Positions 1 to 8,332 of a DNA stretch of 64,000 nucleotides are shown here, in pieces. The stretch is from NCBI GenBank assembly GCA_963732385.1, contig CAVSZB010000003.1:1-64000 (forward strand), read 5' to 3'. Each line of letters starts with the position of its first letter. The stretch's first letter is position 1. The position numbers and the translations under genes were made by a program. Source of the stretch: an uncultured bacterium. GTDB lineage: Bacteria > Krumholzibacteriota > Krumholzibacteriia > LZORAL124-64-63. A model generated the notes under the pieces. That model ran no database searches and was not told the DNA's origin. It saw only the letters and a list, made by a program, of their open reading frames with translations.

Positions 1-90
1 TTGGTTTAACCTGCAAAGGCGATTGGCGCGGGCCTGGCGCAAGCCAGGCGCGTGACAAGCGACTTTGTCAGGTTCAAACTCTTGTTATGC
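1..90 (-). repeat. attC site (family A, truncated by window edge)
   Basis: ggtttaacctgcaaagg...ctttgtcaggttcaaac...GTTATGC; near-identical to 3237-3334. Confidence 0.9.
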
Positions 91-205
91 TCCGAGCAAA
101 GTGCCTAGCCGCTTCTACACCAACCACGGCAGCCATAATCATCTAAACACAATGCGCGCCAGCCCAATCCCTCGCTCCCAGAGGTCAATTTCGAGATTGC
201 ACCCG

Positions 206-985
206 TCAGTTCTCTTTGTAGGGACCATCTTGTCTTATAGCCAAAATATCGCCCGACTTCTTCTCGCGTAGCACGGTTGCTCGCAAGTTTCCAGCACGCA
301 ATATCACAAAACCCTCCTTTGTCGCCCTATAGAGCCCGAACTTAATGATTTCTTTGCTATTCAGGATTCTAAGTTCTTCCCCATTTATCCCAATCCACAA
401 ACCACTGCTCTCGAGCATCGAATTTTCACTCGAATCTGAGTCGCGCATAAACTCTTCACCTTCATCCGCGAGTACGCTAGCAGAGCCACCCAGAATGGAA
501 TAAGCTAACTTCATAACTAGTACCCCCTGATCCACAGTAATGTGGGGGGAGTTTGGATACTCCGCATAGTAATCGAGATATTTTTCCGGTTCGTTTGCCT
601 TTTGCGCTTCTCCCCAAGCCTTTTCTCTTAGCTTCTCTTCGGCATACGCGACAAACTGACCGCTTTCACTATATCTCAAATACGTACGATAGCCATCCGC
701 TGAATCTCGAGCTAAGGCCTGCTTCCATGCCTTACTGTCTTTCGCGATAAATGCTTGTTCAGCGTTCGGATGCTTTGATAGAAATACGTCGTATGATTGT
801 ATCGTGTCTTCTTTTTGAGCGATCTCCCAATCGCGCGCAGTCTGATCACACCCCGCTGCACTCAATAAAGCGCAAACAGACAACATCAAGACAGGAAGAT
901 TCCTGCAACACGTACAAAATGGGCTTTTCCGACTCTTCACGACCTCACCTCCTGAAAGCACTGGTAATATTGATGCCACACACAT
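206..985 (-). CDS. Cassette gene: putative lipoprotein with helical W..A....T...Y..FL..(H/Y)P repeats
   Basis: Lipobox-like LSAAGC followed by three repeats (WEIAQKEDTIQSYDVFLSKHP etc.). True start may be downstream of 985. Confidence 0.75.
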   Translation of the reverse strand: MCVASILPVLSGGEVVKSRKSPFCTCCRNLPVLMLSVCALLSAAGCDQTARDWEIAQKEDTIQSYDVFLSKHPNAEQAFIAKDSKAWKQALARDSADGYRTYLRYSESGQFVAYAEEKLREKAWGEAQKANEPEKYLDYYAEYPNSPHITVDQGVLVMKLAYSILGGSASVLADEGEEFMRDSDSSENSMLESSGLWIGINGEELRILNSKEIIKFGLYRATKEGFVILRAGNLRATVLREKKSGDILAIRQDGPYKEN

Positions 986-1009
986 CCGACCTCTCTAGGG
1001 GAGTACTGA

Positions 1010-1108
1010 GTATAACGCTCTGGCTTCAGCAGTGGGCGCGGTTGGCGCGGGCCGTGCCCTGCACGGGCCGTGACGACCGCGACCATCTGCTGCAAGCCGT
1101 GGTTAGAC
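1010..1108 (-). repeat. attC site (family B)
   Basis: GTATAAC...ggcttcagcagtgg...ccatctgctgcaagc...GTTAGAC. Confidence 0.93.
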
Positions 1109-1211
1109 ACGCCTGACCGCCTTGCCGCATTCTGCTTCTCCGCGACCTTTTTGGCCCGACCGACCGTAGTGCTCGCGGTCCTGCGTCTTCGACCGCAGCA
1201 AACCCCACTGG

Positions 1212-1502
1212 CTATGCCTTCACCAGCCGGTGGCGCTCGCGAACACGGATCAACAAGCCAACGCATCCACCGAGGCAGAAGGCAATAATCGCCAAATTGA
1301 GTGGCCCGCCGTACTGGTCCACGCCAACGAGCCAAATGCCGCCTTCGATGAAGCTGGCCGCAATCGCGGCGATGACCAACAGAATCGAGAGAACGACCAG
1401 GACCTGCGCGCCCAATGATCGTGAAAGCAGGCGTGCGACCACCCAGCCGAACAGGCCGAAGACGACTGCGGTGATCAGTAAACCGATCGTGCCAGGATTC
1501 AT
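1212..1502 (-). CDS. Cassette gene: small membrane protein (about 3 TM)
   Basis: 96 aa hydrophobic ORF with purine-rich RBS, between two attC sites. Confidence 0.75.
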   Translation of the reverse strand: MNPGTIGLLITAVVFGLFGWVVARLLSRSLGAQVLVVLSILLVIAAIAASFIEGGIWLVGVDQYGGPLNLAIIAFCLGGCVGLLIRVRERHRLVKA

Positions 1503-1539
1503 CGCCTCTCTCCCCCTTCGCTATTCCTATCCCTTGCTT

Positions 1540-1638
1540 GTCTAACGCTTTGGCTTCAGCAGTGGGCGCGGTTGGCGCGGGACGTGCCTTGCACGGCCCG
1601 TGACGACCGTGACCATCTGCTGCAAGCGACTGTTATAC
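1540..1638 (-). repeat. attC site (family B)
   Basis: GTCTAAC...GTTATAC; near copy of 1010-1108. Confidence 0.93.
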
Positions 1639-2035
1639 TGCCGGCCTCAACCAGCTGGCCCACGGGTCCGGAAACCCCCGGCTCCCGGGACTCGCCGCAA
1701 CGACCACATTCGAGTGCGCCAGCGCTCACGCTACCCTCGCAATGCCCGCACTCTGCGCGCTGACAACGCTCACCTCGCCATTGAAGACGGCGCGAGCTTC
1801 CCATCGTCTCAGCATCGGCACAGCCGCGCGTACACCAGGTTGCCCAACATGCCCGTTCGAGCCGCTGAACTCGGTCATGTGGTCGCCGCGCACTCCCTCC
1901 GGCGGCGCGAAGGGGATCTCGATCAAAGCCGCAGACGCGACGATCCCAGCTTGCCGCCAGTGCGCGCTCCACCAGGGCGCCCTCACCATCATGAATCGCC
2001 GAACAACCAGCCACAAACCGCCACACCTGCTGTCT
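1639..2035. other. Apparently ORF-less cassette
   Basis: Matching core sites (GTTATAC/GTATAAC) at both ends; no convincing ORF. Confidence 0.6.
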
Positions 2036-2128
2036 GTATAACGCGGCGCTCAGCGGCAGGCACGCGGAGCGACGCTTGCCCTGCAAGCGGAGTGACGCGT
2101 GCATGTCCGCTGCAGCTGCCTGTTACGA
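2036..2128 (-). repeat. attC site (family C)
   Basis: GTATAAC gcggcgctcagcggcagg...tgtccgctgcagc...GTTACGA. Confidence 0.9.
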
Positions 2129-2307
2129 GGCCAACCTCCGCGCCTCTGACTCGGCCAACAAGGCCTGCCGGGCGTCCGCCTAGCGCGTGAGCGATAGGCG
2201 GCTTGTCACCGTGTCGCGAACCGCCGAATCACCTCGCCCTGGACAACAAATCCAAACCAAATCAAGGTCAAAACTATTTTCGAACTGCCTGACCACCGCC
2301 GCGGGCC
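2129..2307. other. ORF-less structured cassette, copy 1
   Basis: ~180 bp near-identical to 2401-2578; nested inverted repeats. Confidence 0.8.
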
Positions 2308-2400
2308 TTGTAACGCGGCGCTCAGCGGCAGGCACGCGGAGCGACGCTTGCCCTGCAAGCGGAGTGACGCGGGCATGTCCGCTGCAGCAGCCTGTTACGA
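2308..2400 (-). repeat. attC site (family C)
   Basis: TTGTAAC...GTTACGA; near copy of 2036-2128. Confidence 0.9.
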
Positions 2401-2578
2401 GGCCAACTTCCGCGCCTCTGACACGGCCAACAAGGCCTGCCGGGCGTCCGCCTAGCGCGTGAGCGATAGGCGGCTTGTCACCGTGTCGCGAGCCGCCGAA
2501 TCACCTCGCCCTGAACAACAAATCCAAACCAAAACAGGGTCAAAGATCTTTCGAACTGCCTGACCACCGCCGCGGCCC
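2401..2578. other. ORF-less structured cassette, copy 2
   Basis: Tandem duplicate of 2129-2307 carrying its own attC. Confidence 0.8.
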
Positions 2579-2677
2579 TTGTAACGCTCTGGCTTCAGCA
2601 GTGGGCGCGGTTGGCGCGGGCCGTGCCCTGCACGGCCCGTGACGACCGCGACCATCTGCTGCAAGCTGATGTTAGGC
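2579..2677 (-). repeat. attC site (family B)
   Basis: TTGTAAC...GTTAGGC. Confidence 0.93.
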
Positions 2678-3222
2678 TACTGTAAGGCCCAGCTTGCATT
2701 GCTTTTCACCAAACCACGAAACTCTTGAACCCAATCCCGAAGCGCCTGCGGAGCACCGTAGGCGGGGTAACGCAATTTCACCCGATGATGGTGCGGCCCC
2801 AAATGAAGTTCCACCTCGGCAGAGCCGCCATCAACTGTTTCTTCCTTCGTGACATCTATCAAGTCAGGCCCACAGGGCTCTGCGTGGAAGCGTCTCGTTT
2901 CGTAAACCTCAGGCTGCCCATAGAAGTCCAACGCCAAGAGCTTATCGATAATGGCCACCGCCGAATCTGGGATCACCGAGGCCAATATGCTCGTCGTGTC
3001 TGAGTACGCGCCTACTATTCTCAGCTTCCCGCGACAATCGAGCGCGCCAAGTACCGGTCGAGTCCAACCATCAAAGAACTTCACCGTTACCACCACATCC
3101 GATCGGCTGCATCCACCCGGACAATTCTCGCCACCCGCACACACTCTCGCGCCAGTTGCCCCCATTAATGCCAGAGCCAAGAGGGCTGCACTCGCAATAC
3201 TGCGGACGCGCGACATGCTCAT
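2677..3222 (-). CDS. Cassette gene: secreted hypothetical protein
   Basis: N-terminal signal peptide, GGAAGGA RBS, stop codon abuts the attC R'' box. Confidence 0.8.
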   Translation of the reverse strand: MSMSRVRSIASAALLALALMGATGARVCAGGENCPGGCSRSDVVVTVKFFDGWTRPVLGALDCRGKLRIVGAYSDTTSILASVIPDSAVAIIDKLLALDFYGQPEVYETRRFHAEPCGPDLIDVTKEETVDGGSAEVELHLGPHHHRVKLRYPAYGAPQALRDWVQEFRGLVKSNASWALQ

Positions 3223-3236
3223 TCCTTCCTTGCTTT

Positions 3237-3334
3237 GCCTAACGTTGGTTTAACCTGCAAAGGCGATTGGCGCGGACCTGGCGCAAGCCAGGTGCGTGAC
3301 AAGCGACTTTGTCAGGTTCAAACTCTTGTTAGGC
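3237..3334 (-). repeat. attC site (family A)
   Basis: GCCTAAC...GTTAGGC with L boxes tttaacctgcaaag/ctttgtcaggttcaaa. Confidence 0.95.
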
Positions 3335-3370
3335 TTTTGTTCCAACCACAGATCGCGTTTCACTCAACGA

Positions 3371-3828
3371 CTACAGATGATAGTGGTCCGTTGGCGGTTC
3401 GAAATCGTGGTCGCCGAATATATCTACACCCGACAAGAGCAGAACCTCTCGAACGCCCCAATTATCGTCGAATGTATTCCTTCTAAGTCAGCTAGCATTT
3501 CCGCACAACCCGCAGCCGAATTGCGTCGATTGTTGTGTTGCCTAAAGAAGTGATGGGCCAGTCGATTTCGTTCGCCAAGTGCCTTTTCGAGAATGCCCGA
3601 CAATTCGTCGACTGGTTTCGAATAGTCCCTCGCACCCGTAATGAGTCGACCTAGCGTAGACCGATTAATGCGGTTGACCTCGATCGTCGCTTCTTCCGGT
3701 GACACGGTGGCTTCGCCGCCGTCAATGCACTTGGCCTCGATTAGCAGGTTCCCTAACTCGTTCTCCAGCAACTGGGCTGCCTCAGAGGCTTCCCCATACT
3801 TCCGGTAGACTTCGTTGAGATCCGCCAC
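3371..3828 (-). CDS. Cassette gene: hypothetical helical protein (MADLNEVYRKYGEASEAAQLLE...), probable frameshift near 3446
   Basis: GGAG RBS before GTG at 3828. Frame stops at 3424, but a shifted frame continues VLLLSGVDIF...HYHL* to 3371. Confidence 0.65.
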
Positions 3829-3842
3829 TTCTTCTCCAATAA

Positions 3843-3941
3843 GCCTAACGTTTGTTTCACCTGCAAGGGCGGCTTGGCGCGCGGCGTGCGCAAGCAGGCC
3901 GCGTGACAAACGACCTTGTCAGGTGCAAACTCTTGTTAGCC
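3843..3941 (-). repeat. attC site (family A)
   Basis: GCCTAAC...GTTAGCC. Confidence 0.93.
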
Positions 3942-4307
3942 ATCTGACGATGTCTCCCCGAACAGTCTCTCCTTGTTTTTTGATATCGCGTCGCCGAGTT
4001 TTTCTCGTAACTCCGCGTGGTTTGTAAAGAACTGTACGTTCATGTGAATGTCGAAATGGATTTTAGTCGAAGTCCCAGGCTTCAACACGCTCTGCTTGCT
4101 GGCCACATAGACAACCGGCCGTCGTAGTGCCTCAGCATATCCCGCCTCAAAATAGCAGGAGGGTCGTTCGTCTGTCAGATCTGCCACGATGAACGCTGCG
4201 TCGTGAATTTCCTTCTTTATACGGCCGACGAGATCTTCTAGAGGATGCTCTTTGTCTATTCGAATCGCCACGCCGCCGAAATCGCCAATTACTTTCTCAA
4301 CTGCCAC
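3936..4307 (-). CDS. Cassette gene: nucleoside 2-deoxyribosyltransferase/TIR-like fold protein, probably 5'-truncated
   Basis: Motif FIVADLTDERPSCYFEAGYAEAL. Frame stays open to the cassette boundary without a good start. Confidence 0.7.
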   Translation of the reverse strand: MAVEKVIGDFGGVAIRIDKEHPLEDLVGRIKKEIHDAAFIVADLTDERPSCYFEAGYAEALRRPVVYVASKQSVLKPGTSTKIHFDIHMNVQFFTNHAELREKLGDAISKNKERLFGETSSDG

Positions 4308-4348
4308 AAATCGCTCATCGTACTCCCGAAATACTCTCGCCGAGTCTG

Positions 4349-4466
4349 TTCTAACAGTTTCTGCGTTTCAGCAACCGTGGGTCTGGTCGGTCTGGCGCGG
4401 ACCAGGGCGCCAGCACGGTGCGTGACGACCGTGTCAGGGTGCCGCAAGCGACTCTTGTATGTAGAC
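4349..4466 (-). repeat. Degenerate attC site (family B-like)
   Basis: TTCTAAC...ttcagca...gtgacgaccg...gcaagcgact; the R'' box is damaged. Confidence 0.6.
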
Positions 4467-4757
4467 TTGCGCTCGACCGAAATTCAACGCCGGCACTTCA
4501 GAATTTGGGCGACGCAGACGCGGCGTGTAGTTTGCGCCGCCGACGGTGATATACCAGGCGCGATTCCCGCCCAGGCGACACCACAAGGCCGACAACTTAG
4601 TTTACGGCCAGGCGCAATCTCGACGCGCAGCGCAGCTCGATTCGCCGGAGAGTGTACAAGGTCGATTCCGAGGCAGGCTTGGCGGCGTAACCTCAGAAAC
4701 GATTACCTTTTAGACGACCACCGACCGTCGACAGATAAACGCCGGTGCGTTGCCAGC

Positions 4758-4857
4758 CGGCAACTTCGCCGGATGAATCACTTGCGGGACAGCGCACGGC
4801 CCATGCCCTGCATGGGGCGTGACAAGCGGCTTGTCTGCTGCAAGTTCGTTGTTAGAC
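4758..4857 (-). repeat. attC site (family B-like, one arm degenerate)
   Basis: ...catgccctgcatg...gtgacaagcg...tctgctgcaag...GTTAGAC. Confidence 0.7.
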
Positions 4858-4869
4858 CCGCTGCCCCTC

Positions 4870-5588
4870 CCCGGCCAATAACAATTTCTCCAAGAACGCC
4901 TTGGTCTTTGATGCGATTTATTGCTCATTTTTTGATTTCACAAGCAGTTCTCCACAATAACCTTATTAACGGCTTCTTTTCGACTCTTCAAGTATGCTGT
5001 GCGCTTGCTATGTCGTTTATGGCTTCTTCCGACTGTTCCCTCGAGTTTTTCGTAGGCTGCTAATCTCATGGAAAAACAATCACTTTCTGAAATCATACTT
5101 CGTATCTCTGGTCCTCGACCCTGGCAATTGCCGATACACACACATACACATCAAAAAATGCTTGATTGTATTCGACCCAAGGCGAGTAACCGGGAATAAT
5201 CACTCGGCCCCAAAAGGACAACCCTTTTCAGAATGGACTGGTCATCAATTCCCCCAACCGCAACCTTAATAACAGAAGACTCCTTTTCATTCTGTACGAT
5301 GGCTAGCAACACTCCTTGGTCAACTATCTTCGCCGTAGCCTCTTCCCTGATTGCTGATGAGGCCGCCTTCTGCGCCACTTTCTCTATATGCTTTTGGCTG
5401 TTGATTTTCCGAAATGCCTTTCTTGCGATATAGCCGTGACCTGAATTGATTGCCACTTCTACCAGTAGTGCCTCGCTTGTTATCTCATTGAGCGCGGCTT
5501 TTCTCATTGCTCCGCTTCCGCCATCAATTGCTTCCCATGCGTGTCTCTTTTGTCCTATTCGTTCATACAGGCACTTGATAAAGTTCAC
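4870..5588 (-). pseudogene. Cassette gene: HEAT-like helical repeat protein broken by several frameshifts
   Basis: 5151-5588 encodes I.DQ..L..I repeats. The same repeat type continues in changing frames (SAIARVEDQR, MRLAAYEKLE, INRIKDQGVLGEIV). Confidence 0.65.
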
Positions 5589-5605
5589 TTCTTTTGGCCT
5601 CCTGG

Positions 5606-5703
5606 GTCTAACGCTGGTTTAACCTGCAAAGCTGTTTGGCGCGGGCCGTGCGCAAGCACGGCGCGTGACGAACGGCTTTGTCAGGTTCAAACTCTAGTTG
5701 GGC
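5606..5703 (-). repeat. attC site (family A), first in array
   Basis: GTCTAAC...GTTGGGC; its R'' GCCCAAC complements GTTGGGC at attI. Confidence 0.95.
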
Positions 5704-5777
5704 GGCATTTGCCTGCTCGCACTTACCGTTGGGCGGCAACCGTTGCAATATCGTACCTGTTCCTACGTTTCTCGTGC

Positions 5778-6818
5778 TCAACGAACAAAATCACGGGTGT
5801 ATTCGCTGTCAAAAAAGACGAAAGCAGAGCCTGCCGCAGCTTCCCTCGGCACCTCAAAACAAACTAGATATTGTCGAGGCCCCTGTCCCGATCGACACTG
5901 CCATGTCTGCACACCCCCGTCTGTCCAGCCGACCTCACCCTCTCCCTTTTCTCCATCCTTCTTGGGGACCACGACCATGGCAAAGGACCGATAGACTATC
6001 CCATCTTTTCCCCTGAGACCAACGTCGGAGGACATATCGCACTCGAAATTGGTCCGCGCTTCCACCTTGAAGTGCCCAATCATGAAGACGTTCCCCGAAG
6101 CCGGTGATTTCTCCTCGACAACCTGTTCCCAGGAAGAGACTAGGCGCCCGCCGTTGACTCCCATCACGACGGACCTGCTTTTTTCCCAATTGATGGGCTT
6201 AGAGGACGTTTTCAGTGATACCACGCTGAGACTTTCGCGTATGGCCTGCTCTTGCTCAATGGTCTCTACTAGTTCAGCGGCCCTCTCCGAATACCGGTTT
6301 TCCCCATGGGTACGGACAAAACCTTGAAGGGCTTCCAATTCTGGATTGCGTTCCAATTGTCGCCAATCACGTTCGACGTCCAACCAGCGCTGAGCCTCTG
6401 CCGCATGACTGCCCTGGGGATACTGCTCGATAAAGGCCTCAATTGCCTTCTGGGAGTTCTCCCCCTTGGCACTTATCCAATGAAACTCTTCTATCTTCCG
6501 ATCAACTGGATACTCTGTGGCCGGGTAGCTGCGCTTGAATCGTTCGTAGCCTGCAACAGTCTCGGTTTTTAGAGCCTCTCCCCAGGCGATCTTCTCGATG
6601 TTCATTCTGGCGCTGGCTGCGAGCGGAGATTCCGGATGCTCGGATATGAACTGCTGATACGCATCCACCGTCCCCGTCTTGGCCGCTTCATTGTACTTGG
6701 ACTGTGTACTAGCACATCCTAGACAGCCAACTAGGACCAAGCACGTGACCAGAACGAACATGGTGTTTCGTGCTGACGCAGGACCCCAGAGATGGCTACG
6801 ACTTGAGAGGATGTTCAT
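5778..6818 (-). CDS. First cassette gene: lipoprotein with helical Y..F...(H/Y)P repeats
   Basis: GGAGG RBS then ATG at 6818, lipobox LVGCLGC, about 4 repeats. Confidence 0.8.
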   Translation of the reverse strand: MNILSSRSHLWGPASARNTMFVLVTCLVLVGCLGCASTQSKYNEAAKTGTVDAYQQFISEHPESPLAASARMNIEKIAWGEALKTETVAGYERFKRSYPATEYPVDRKIEEFHWISAKGENSQKAIEAFIEQYPQGSHAAEAQRWLDVERDWRQLERNPELEALQGFVRTHGENRYSERAAELVETIEQEQAIRESLSVVSLKTSSKPINWEKSRSVVMGVNGGRLVSSWEQVVEEKSPASGNVFMIGHFKVEARTNFECDMSSDVGLRGKDGIVYRSFAMVVVPKKDGEKGEGEVGWTDGGVQTWQCRSGQGPRQYLVCFEVPREAAAGSAFVFFDSEYTRDFVR

Positions 6819-6856
6819 TTTCCCTCCATTTATAATTGGCCTGTTCGTGTGATCCC

Positions 6857-6875
6857 GCCCAACGCTCAGTTGATT
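6857..6875 (-). other. attI recombination site
   Basis: Minus strand AATCAAC-TGAGC-GTTGGGC (L box, 5 bp spacer, R box). The R box exactly matches R'' of the first attC. Confidence 0.8.
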
Positions 6876-7222
6876 GACCAGCGTAGTACCGATGGCGCTG
6901 GTCTCTGAGAAATTCTTCTTGCTGACCTCGGTATTGCGGTTGCTTGGTCTTCGTATCTGGATGCGTTTGGGCCTTCCCTTGTGATCTTCCTGCTTCCCGC
7001 TCGCTGTCGGCGACACGGCGCGGCCGCGCACGCTCCTGCCGTTGCCGCGCGGGGCGGAGCGGGGCGCTGGAGCGAAGGCGGTCTTTGGGCGAAACCTCAC
7101 GCCGCTTGGGCGAAGGGCGGGGCGGGCGGCGCCTTGGTTGCACCGTGGTCCCGGGGGCAGCGGGTGGCGGGGCACTCGTTACCCTTTGGGACGCTTCATT
7201 TTTGCATACTGGTCGGCTGGTT

Positions 7223-8209
7223 TCAAGATTTCTCGTCGAGGGGGCTTTTGACGGCGCGGGGGCCGCGGTTGAGGACGTGGGTGTAGATCATCGTGGTCGA
7301 GACGTCGGCGTGGCCGAGCAGTTCCTGGATGGTGCGGATGTCGTAACCGGACTCCAGCAGGTGGGTTGCGAAGCTGTGGCGGAGGGTGTGGCAGGTGGCG
7401 GGTTTGGTCAGGCGGGCGCGGCGGGCGGCCTCCCTGACGGCGCGCTGGATCACCGATTCGTGCAGGTGGTGGCGGCGGAGCTGGCCGGTTTCGGGGTCGC
7501 GGTAGTGGCTGGTGGCAGGGAACACCCATTGCCAGGCCCACTCGGCGGCGGCGGTGGGGTACTTGGTGGCCAGGGCGTCGGGCAGGGCCACGGTGCCGCG
7601 GCCGCGCGCGGCGTCGCGGGCGTGCTGGCGGCGCACTTGGTCGAGGTGGCGGCGCAGCGGTTCGCGGGCGGCGGCGGGCAGGAGCGCGATCCGGTCCTTG
7701 CTCCCCTTGCCGTCGCGGACGGTGATCTCGTTGCGTTCGAAATCGATGTCCTTCACCCGCAGGCGCATCGCTTCGAGCAGGCGCAGGCCGGCCCCGTAGA
7801 GCAGGCTCGCCACCAGCCGGACGGTGCCGTCCAGCTCGGACAGCAGGGCGCCGACCTCGCCGCGGCTCAGCACCGTCGGCACGCGCACGGGCCGTTTGGC
7901 GCGGACGAGATCGTCCAGCCACGCCAGTTCGCGGCGCAGGATGACCCGGTACAGGAACAGCAGGGCGCTCAGGGCCTGGTTCTGGGTGGAGGCGCTGACC
8001 TGGCGGTGGGTGGCCAGGTGCGACAGGAACGCTGTCACCTCCGGTTCACCCATCTCCTCCGGGTGGCGCTTGCCGTGATACAGCACGAAGCGGCGGATCC
8101 AGCCGGCGTAGGCCCGGCCGGTGCGGCGGCTGTAGTGGCGCGCGCTGATGGCGTCGTGGACCTGGTCGAGCAGGCGGCGGGGCGGGTCGGTGGGCGGTGA
8201 TGGAGCCAT
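7223..8209 (-). CDS. intI: Integron integrase
   Basis: [27 protein letters not shown], IntI-specific insertion ([11 protein letters not shown]...WQWVFP), [38 protein letters not shown]. Confidence 0.98.
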   Translation of the reverse strand: MAPSPPTDPPRRLLDQVHDAISARHYSRRTGRAYAGWIRRFVLYHGKRHPEEMGEPEVTAFLSHLATHRQVSASTQNQALSALLFLYRVILRRELAWLDDLVRAKRPVRVPTVLSRGEVGALLSELDGTVRLVASLLYGAGLRLLEAMRLRVKDIDFERNEITVRDGKGSKDRIALLPAAAREPLRRHLDQVRRQHARDAARGRGTVALPDALATKYPTAAAEWAWQWVFPATSHYRDPETGQLRRHHLHESVIQRAVREAARRARLTKPATCHTLRHSFATHLLESGYDIRTIQELLGHADVSTTMIYTHVLNRGPRAVKSPLDEKS

Positions 8210-8332
8210 GGGCGGGGCGGATGCAACTGCGGAGCCAGCCCTTCCGCCGACCGTCGTCCCGCCGGCTGTACATCGGGCCGGATCATTGCTATTCTCTGGT
8301 TGGGCCTGGAGTCACACCAGAGAGAGCCGCAA

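Larger units (their letters stand above)
1..6875 (-). mobile_element. Integron gene-cassette array (11 attC sites, continues beyond left edge)
   Basis: Recurrent ~90-100 bp imperfect palindromes bounded by RYYYAAC...GTTRRRY separate single, more AT-rich ORFs on the minus strand. Adjacent to intI. Confidence 0.96.

Noticed and set aside
2129..2578. Known self-cleaving ribozyme in the duplicated cassette
   Set aside because: No hammerhead CUGANGA/GAAA core or other known consensus is recognisable by eye.
3829..3909. ORF-track start at 3909
   Set aside because: It lies inside an attC site; GTG at 3828 has a GGAG RBS.
1..5703. Recurrent repeats read as a CRISPR array or REP elements
   Set aside because: Units are 90-100 bp with RYYYAAC/GTTRRRY ends and gene-sized spacers next to intI, and no cas genes are present; they are attC sites.
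6819..7175. N-terminal extension of the 465 aa ORF 5778-7175
   Set aside because: It crosses attI and is low-complexity; the RBS and lipoprotein signal support a start at 6818.
8210..8332. LexA box controlling intI
   Set aside because: No CTGT-N8-ACAG or GAAC-N4-GTTC match is seen.
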